From IMG/VR virus record IMGVR_UViG_3300027969_000063, positions 41,517 to 105,516 of that record: a stretch of 64,000 nucleotides of DNA. One strand, given 5' to 3'. The notes beneath the pieces are model-generated. The model was not told the DNA's origin and made no database searches. It saw nothing but the letters and a program-made list of their open reading frames with translations. Position 1 is the stretch's first letter. Every line of letters starts with the position of its first letter. Of this stretch, positions 60,101 through 64,000 are shown one piece after another. Position numbers and translations under genes: made by a program. Source of the DNA: a virus.

Positions 60101-63100
60101 GTTGCATCAAGAGTACCATTAACATATAATTTAACTGTTGAACCTGAACGAACTACAGCAATATGAGCCCATGTATTAATAGACAATGTGCTAGTATAAG
60201 TGGTTGAAATATTACCGTATAGATTTGAAGTTATAGTATTTCCTACTAAAAACCAAGTGTATCTGCCAGTAGCTTCTGAGCCCAATGTAAACAAAGAACG
60301 AGTACCTGTTACGCTAGTTGGATAGTACCAACCTTCAACAGTAAAATCACCAGTACAATTGTATGTCGAATTTATATAACCGGTATTTGTGGTTAAGTAT
60401 TGATTTGTTCCGTTAAATAATACAGAATTAAAACCAAGAGTGCCGGTTGGAATGCTAATTGCTACAGGAGAGGATCTATTTGTAAAAGTATTATCGGCTG
60501 TTGCATTACTATAAGGATTATAACCCCATCCAAATAAAGCACCAGTAGAAGTAATGCCATTTGCCCAATAATTTCCAAGAGATATTACCGACCACGATGA
60601 TGAACCAATTTTTACTGGCGCAGATTTGTTAACTGTAGTACCATCACCTAATTGTCCATAACCATTATACCCCCATGTGTATAAAGCACCAGTAGAATCA
60701 ATGGCGGCCGTACCTAAGTCGCCAACTGCCACGGATGTCCATGAAGAGTTGCCAATTTTAACTGGTGTTGATTTATTAACAGTAGTACCATCACCTAGTT
60801 GACCATTAGTATTATTACCCCATGTGTATAAAGCACCTGTGTTAGTGATACCAGCAAACTGTACTCCATTATCACCAGTAGCAAGTTGTACCCAAGAGTA
60901 TGTTGATCCTGAATTAGCAATTTGTGTTGGTGTACTATAATTTGCAAAGCCAGTTAAGTATCCAATTTGGCCTTGAACATTACTACCCCATGCCCACAAT
61001 TTACCATCTGATGTAATACCTGTTGTAAATAAAGATCCTGCAGATACAGATGACCATGAGCTTGTACCAATTTTTACTGGTGAGGATTTACTAACGGTAG
61101 TATTGTCACCTAATTGATAAGAGCCATTAAATCCCCAAGTATATAAAGCACCTGTAGTATCAATAGCAGCTGTGTGTGTTGATGAAGCAGTTATGGATGT
61201 CCATGAAGAGTTGCCGATTTTAACAGGCAATGATTTGCTAACTGTAGTACCATCACCTAATTTTCCAATTGCACCATCACCCCACGCATACAAAGCACCA
61301 AGCGAATCAATAGCAACCGAATGTGAATATCCAGCACTTACTTTTGACCAAGATTTGGCACTAATTAATACTGGAGAGGATCTAGTAACTACAGTACCAT
61401 CACCAAGTTGACCGCTAGCATTACCACCCCATCCATATAAAAGTCCAGTATTAGAAATAGCTAATGTGTGGCTAACTCCTTCCGAAATTTGAGCCCAAGA
61501 ATGTGGTGTTGCAGAATTAGGAAGTTTTGTTGGTACAGTATATAATGATTGGTTAATAAAGTTTCCAAGTTGGCCAAAAGTATTACTACCCCATGTCCAT
61601 AATGAACCATCGGTTGCAATTGCAGTAGTGTGAGAATCACCAGTACCTATGGATGTCCATGAATTAGAACTTCTTAATGGATATATTATGGTATTTAATG
61701 AAGAAACAACACCACCATTATTAGTAATTGTAAACGCATTGGTGCTGTTATCAATGAATGTGTCTGATTGACAAGTTAACAATGCTGTGTTGGCAATAGC
61801 AGTCAATGGTACAGATAATGTGTTAAAGTCAGATGTATATACAGCAGTACCTTTAACAAAACGAAGATTAGAAATAGAACCAGTAAATCTACTACCACCA
61901 GCGGAAACTGCCTCACCAATGTATAGAGGTTGAGCATTACCATTAAGTGTGGTGGTATTTGTAAATTGTAGAACAGCACGGCCATCCACATAAACTGTGT
62001 TGTTGTTTGTGCCTGAACCATTTCTAACCCAAGCTACATGATGCCAAGTACCATCAGTAATTGGTACTGAAATATCATTTAGTGCCGATTGGCCAATGAT
62101 AGCTCTAAGTAAATTTGATTTAAATCCAAAATTCCATTCACCTAATGCACCTGTGTTATATTGACTAATTATACTAGCGGTTTGAGCATCACTACCATAA
62201 GTTGTATTGAGCCAAGCTTCAATTGTAAAATCACCACTACCTGGCTGATTTGCTACAGTATTAGGAGTACTCAAATAACAACCGCCAGCTCCATTAAATT
62301 GTGAAGCAAAAGTACTAAATGTATTAAGAGCACCAACTTGTACAGGTGAAGATTTACTAATTGTAGTACCATCACCTAATTGATAAGAACCATTTAAACC
62401 CCAAGCATATAATTTTCCATCTGAAGTGACACCAAATCCTGCAGAGTTACCGGCGTTTACTGTTGACCAAGAACTTGTACCAATTTGTACTGGCATTGAT
62501 TTATTAACTACAGTACCATCACCTAATTGTCCAGCAGTATTATTACCCCATGCCCACAATGTTGAATCTTGATTACGAATTGCTAGTGTAAAATTGGCAC
62601 CAGGAGCTTTAGATGCAGAAACAATTCTCCATGAGGAATATGATGCAACAGTATTAACCACTACAGGAGATGATCTATCAATAGATGTACCATCACCTAA
62701 ACCACCCAAATAAGTACCGTTATTTGAACCCCAAGCATATAATGTGCCAAGGCTGGTAACAGCAAATGCTTGAGAATTTCCAACACTTACTGTTGACCAT
62801 GAGCTTGTACCAATTTGTACTGGAGATGATTTAGTAATCGTAGTGCCGTCACCTAATTGACCATTAGCATTAAGCCCCCAAGTAAACAAACGTCCAACAG
62901 TATCAATGGCAGCTGAATAAGAATTAGCTGCACTTATTTTTGACCAAGAGGATGAACCAATTTTAACTGGTGATGATCTAATAGATGCTGTGTTATCACC
63001 TAAAGCACCACTATTAAAACCCCATGCATACAATGCGCCAGTAGAATCAATAGCAATTGTATGAATTTGGCCAGTTGATACTGTTGACCATGAAGAATTG

Positions 63101-63867
63101 CCAATTTTAGTTGGTGCGTATTTAGTGGTACTAGTGTTATCACCTAATTGTCCGCTGGTACCAAGACCCCACATATACAAAGCACCGGTAGTATCAATAG
63201 CAGCTGAAAAATTTGTACCAGCACTTACTACTGACCAAGACCTAGATTTTGAAATTAAAACTGGTTTTGATCTATAACTAACTGTACCAACAGTACCATC
63301 ACCTATTTGGCCACTAGTGGCCAAACCCCAACCCCATAAAGAATAATCCGATTTTCTAATAGCTAATGAATGTACTTGTCCCACACTTACTGCTGCCCAA
63401 GAAGCATAAGATGCAGAATCAATAAAAGTTGTAATTTGAACTGGACTAGAACGATTTTCTACATCTGCTACACCTAGTTCACCAAAACTATTTCTACCCC
63501 ATGACCATAAAGTACCAGCAATAGTTAAACCAACAGTACTATCTGCTTGTGCTGTTACTGATGTCCATGATGATGAACCAATTTTAACCGGTGTTGATTT
63601 ATTAATTGTTGTACCATCACCAAGTTGACCATATTGGTTAAACCCGGTCATGTACAAGCTACCATCAGAATAAACGATGGCTGTATGGTTGTTACCTGTA
63701 GAGGATGTTGGAGAGAACTGTGCGTTTAATGAAACAGGAGTAGACCTGTTGATTGTTGTACCATCACCTAATTGACCATAACTATTCAGACCCCAAGCAT
63801 ACAGAGTTGTCTTAGGTATGTTACTAATGTTTTGTGTTGGTAACGATATGTAGTGGTAGAATAACAT
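51181..63867 (-). CDS. Giant RCC1-repeat protein (4228 aa) with two LamG/ConA-like lectin domains
   Basis: About 73 RCC1 repeats; LamG motifs GDFTIEAW...WHHVAWVR...ISNLRFVKGTAVY at about 61680-62320 and 59835-60445. Confidence 0.88.
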   Translation of the reverse strand: MLFYHYISLPTQNISNIPKTTLYAWGLNSYGQLGDGTTINRSTPVSLNAQFSPTSSTGNNHTAIVYSDGSLYMTGFNQYGQLGDGTTINKSTPVKIGSSSWTSVTAQADSTVGLTIAGTLWSWGRNSFGELGVADVENRSSPVQITTFIDSASYASWAAVSVGQVHSLAIRKSDYSLWGWGLATSGQIGDGTVGTVSYRSKPVLISKSRSWSVVSAGTNFSAAIDTTGALYMWGLGTSGQLGDNTSTTKYAPTKIGNSSWSTVSTGQIHTIAIDSTGALYAWGFNSGALGDNTASIRSSPVKIGSSSWSKISAANSYSAAIDTVGRLFTWGLNANGQLGDGTTITKSSPVQIGTSSWSTVSVGNSQAFAVTSLGTLYAWGSNNGTYLGGLGDGTSIDRSSPVVVNTVASYSSWRIVSASKAPGANFTLAIRNQDSTLWAWGNNTAGQLGDGTVVNKSMPVQIGTSSWSTVNAGNSAGFGVTSDGKLYAWGLNGSYQLGDGTTISKSSPVQVGALNTFSTFASQFNGAGGCYLSTPNTVANQPGSGDFTIEAWLNTTYGSDAQTASIISQYNTGALGEWNFGFKSNLLRAIIGQSALNDISVPITDGTWHHVAWVRNGSGTNNNTVYVDGRAVLQFTNTTTLNGNAQPLYIGEAVSAGGSRFTGSISNLRFVKGTAVYTSDFNTLSVPLTAIANTALLTCQSDTFIDNSTNAFTITNNGGVVSSLNTIIYPLRSSNSWTSIGTGDSHTTAIATDGSLWTWGSNTFGQLGNFINQSLYTVPTKLPNSATPHSWAQISEGVSHTLAISNTGLLYGWGGNASGQLGDGTVVTRSSPVLISAKSWSKVSAGYSHSVAIDSLGALYAWGDGAIGKLGDGTTVSKSLPVKIGNSSWTSITASSTHTAAIDTTGALYTWGFNGSYQLGDNTTVSKSSPVKIGTSSWSSVSAGSLFTTGITSDGKLWAWGSNVQGQIGYLTGFANYSTPTQIANSGSTYSWVQLATGDNGVQFAGITNTGALYTWGNNTNGQLGDGTTVNKSTPVKIGNSSWTSVAVGDLGTAAIDSTGALYTWGYNGYGQLGDGTTVNKSAPVKIGSSSWSVISLGNYWANGITSTGALFGWGYNPYSNATADNTFTNRSSPVAISIPTGTLGFNSVLFNGTNQYLTTNTGYINSTYNCTGDFTVEGWYYPTSVTGTRSLFTLGSEATGRYTWFLVGNTITSNLYGNISTTYTSTLSINTWAHIAVVRSGSTVKLYVNGTLDATTDTQAGTIGNGSLRIGADGSGAATFAGNISNFRFVNGTAVYSGSLFTVPTQPISAIANTKLMTCQSSPITDITPVNSPTISTSVIPFTIPSTWTDLDVGTYYSVAKSSNGQIYSWGENVYGQLGDGTTVTRSTPVKAGAAAVTYTEPVYWSKTAAGGGPGTFQDTFGIRSNGSLWAWGSNNGGQLGDNTIVAKSSPIQIGTSSWSQIGAGFSHAVAIDSTGALYAWGSNVTYGQLGDNTTVAKSSPVKIGSSSWSLLSVGYLHNAAIDTTGKLYTWGSGINGQIGDSTATSKSNPTLIGASSWSVASAGTSNTAAIDINGRLFTWGYGNLANLGDGTTVTKSSPVQVGSSSWAKVSVGGSNTLAITIDGSLYVWGSGSNGQLGDGTTVQKSLPTKIGSSSWSFVSAGQSHCAAIDSVGRLFTWGNDANGQLGDGQTVNKSSPVQIGTSSWSAVYAGQTHTSAIDVNGNLFVWGLGTSGAIGDGTTISKSSPVVLAAFTASLTQTLNSYTSWSKISSGNYHTTAIDYTGSLWAWGYNSNGQLSDNTAIDKSRAVQLIGSTTATWKQISQNEFFTLAIRNQDSSLWAWGRNIAGQLGDGTTIDKSSPVKIGTSSWAYVAAGNSHSAAVDITGALYVWGSNATYGQLGDGTTVSKSSPVKIGSSSWTKVAAGNFFTSAIDSTGKAYSWGNNPGDGTAVNKSSPVAVALSGNWKKVSIGQHALAIDSTGALWAWGANGSGQIGNNSVNSGTGNKQYSAMQIGTSSWTTVAVCRSSSAGITVDGRLFTWGSNDASQLGDINNASTFTHKSSPVQIGTDKSWTALGATDLQCAGFSAIDTSGRLYFWGSSLGQGNSPVQMGAGNSFVMSSQGAAHILAIDTVGRLWGLLNNTYGNLGDGTTVAQYTAASPVQIGNSSWSFVRAGYSSSSAIDINSRLFTWGYNSSYELGDGTNVSKSSPVQIGIDRSWIFAKTALASCAIDSTNTLWHWGYNGYYLSGNNNTNVSPIMTTLPNLSGLSPNSIEITQQNILAYNSGGNLYVWGDNTYGQLADGSGVATKSSPVFVKSTPLAPSTQSWTSLSAANRTFAIDNLGNLYTWASGGAAGQVSNKPATVPLSKISIDTNQNAYAVDNNQNLYTISLYYNNYGGSLYGFGPKVSSVSAGTNHYMLIDTLNRLWVWGNNSTYQLGDGTTTTVSAPKRIIGVGASSWSKISAGHSYTMGITISGELYGWGYNAQGQLGIGNATTPQTTPQKIGTSSWAMVATGKSAFTTLAIDAVGRLFAWGSGSIGQNGFNSVNYSSPVQIGPAGSSWTMVSISQSHCAAIDTLGRIWTWGASYSGGLGNGQTFIVTPTQIYGTNSYTQVSAGWDYTYAIDTTGALYTWGQNSDGRLGDGTVISRSSPTKIGTSSWSFVDAGYTQPVAIATDGTAYSAAGSPPFQLSSLTALNVDSTTVTYSSWSFVNAGGSTQSAIDTNGSLYMWGYQKALSGSYTFIPGIYGQQNLSYPTKIVSTYSWSSISTGSQHVAAITSTGALFAWGYNGYGNLGDNTTVDKTSPVQIGTSSWSAVAVNMPASALYNYTTGILSNGTLYTWGSNQYGQLADNSTVSKSSPVLLSTLADTVTGSSLPSWTSVSAGASGGAAITTTGALWTWGSGTYGALGDNTTTTKSTAARIGTSSWSVVSAGNNNTKAIDITGNLYAWGLNTSGQLGDRSVTSRSSPVLVTAYNEALNVYSSWTAVSAGTNYTTAIDTTGALYGWGYNAYGQLGNNSTTNNISPVKIGSSSWTKVAAGDLHTMGIDINSRLYGWGYNGLGNLGDNTVTTRSSPVQIGTSSWTTVAVSNGSSFTTAINLTGNLFAWGFNSSYQLGDGTTITRSSPVTVSNVYNETTYVYSSWSAVAVGGTHTAAITSARALFAWGLNNVGQLGDGTTINKFSPVQIGTDSWSSVALGNSYTTAINTIGRLFTWGQNTSGQLGDGTTISKSSPVIIQQANTSTTISSTWSEVSRGLNNSHTLAIRAEDSTLWAWGQNSVGNLGDGTTISKSTPIQIGSNLDTPTGYRTWSKVSAGGFGVVNAMSAAIDSTGALWTWGSSASGQLGDNAGVSKSSPAKIGTSSWSAVSVGYSNVLAIDTNGRLYAWGDNAVGQLGDGTLVAKSSPVQIGTSSWSMVSCGDSRGAAIDINGRLFMWGNNSLGQLGDNTSAGKSSPVQIGTSSWILISVGFSTTAAIDTTGALYTWGWNASGFMGDGTTINKSSPVKIGTRAWTKVVTSNYATTAIDSIGNLWAWGSNAGGAFGDGTITNRSSPVQVSTSSWTKLSSGQGSSAIDNTGRLFAWGVNNYGQLGDNTIVDKSSPVQIGATVILSTYYSWTVVSAGLDSTFALNTLGRLYSWGNGATSQLGDGGATRSSPVQVGSLSWTTVSAGSTHAAAINTTGNVYTWGLNTSGQLGDGTTTNRNVQTINSVPYSYNTTSWSYVGLSNAIDSTGALYAWGVNASGQLGDGTTISRSVPIKIGSSSWSVVNGNPFSNNNNLGLDINGRLFTWGLASSYQLGDVTTTSKSSPVQIGLDTVVADTSFNLISSGTGNFFYGRGISGSLYGWGNNTNSQLGLGTNPLVNNPQKTLVTTNFYNTSATWKKISLGASHTMAIDTTGGLWVWGLNTSGQLGDNTIVSKSSPVKLGTSSWTFVKASHFISIAITTQGALYAWGFNDRGNPANASAGASTSSPVLCYAGSSFSFVGTNSANNAGGTAYCSTFLLNNNGVATFTGYSVTGEKGDNTSGGFGSSTGQPLTGSSWTIVDVGGGRTGATPGGYVVGITTAGALYAWGDALSGALGDGTVTTKTSWVNKIGNSSWAFVQASSNRTTVGIDIQGRLFMWGDNTWGSLGDGTTINKSSPVQVGNSSWVSVSASFGQILAVDSSGRLFAWGLNSSGQMGDGTTINKSSPVQISVGKSNWISVATGQGHSAAIDSTNTLYTWGLDSNGQLGNLR

Positions 63868-63881
63868 TGACTTACCCTATT

Positions 63882-64000
63882 TTAAACGTTTTGTGCTGAC
63901 ATTACTGCATTGTAACTTGTGCCTGCGTCTGTCGTAAAAATAGTAAGTATGTCCCTTTTACCGTTGGTGTATGTTAATGTTGGAGCTATGCCACTAGGAA
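63882..64000 (-). CDS. C-terminus of a tail-fibre-like protein (partial)
   Basis: ...PSGIAPTLTYTNGKRDILTIFTTDAGTSYNAVMSAQNV*, a C-terminal motif common in phage fibre proteins. Confidence 0.65.
   Translation of the reverse strand, partial: PSGIAPTLTYTNGKRDILTIFTTDAGTSYNAVMSAQNV

Noticed and set aside
270-62021. Many short + strand or alternate-frame ORFs in the track
   Set aside because: They are shadows of well-supported - strand genes
43047-63867. CRISPR-like array suggested by recurring 'gtaccatcacctaattg'
   Set aside because: These are degenerate in-frame codons of the GQLGDGT motif with ~150-nt spacing and synonymous variation
1-64000. Stop-codon reassignment
   Set aside because: Core genes are intact in the standard code, and no suppressor tRNA is present

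Overview
64 kb from a low-GC, T4-like (T4 supergroup) myophage genome, probably an aquatic phage with a proteobacterial host (inferred from gene content). Nearly all genes are on the - strand. Left third: replication and recombination module (uvsX partial, gp43, regA, gp62/44/45, gp46/47, gp55, uvsW, uvsY). Interspersed accessory genes are GroES, Hsp20, peptide deformylase, a 2OG-Fe(II) oxygenase, a transporter, DUF5664, a glycosyltransferase and a DUF4338/DruA-like protein, plus a small RNA cluster (tRNA-Gly and two unusual CCA-ended RNAs). Middle: the conserved head/tail core (gp3, 23, 22, 21, 68, 67, 20, 19, 18, 17, 16, 15, 14, 13). Right: four glycosyl/methyltransferase genes and two giant RCC1-repeat proteins (4228 and 2701 aa). 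Top finding: by manual parsing, the 126 RCC1 blades of the two giant ORFs nest like brackets into 18 seven-bladed propellers inserted inside one another (a branched tree). The root propeller can only be completed using both polypeptides. Other leads: a non-canonical tRNA-Gly-like RNA that may pair with a Mom-like DUF4338 enzyme, a pseudoknotted RNA plus ROSE thermometer upstream of hsp20, and a late-promoter-driven antisense island of membrane peptides. All family assignments come from motif recognition; no database searches were run.
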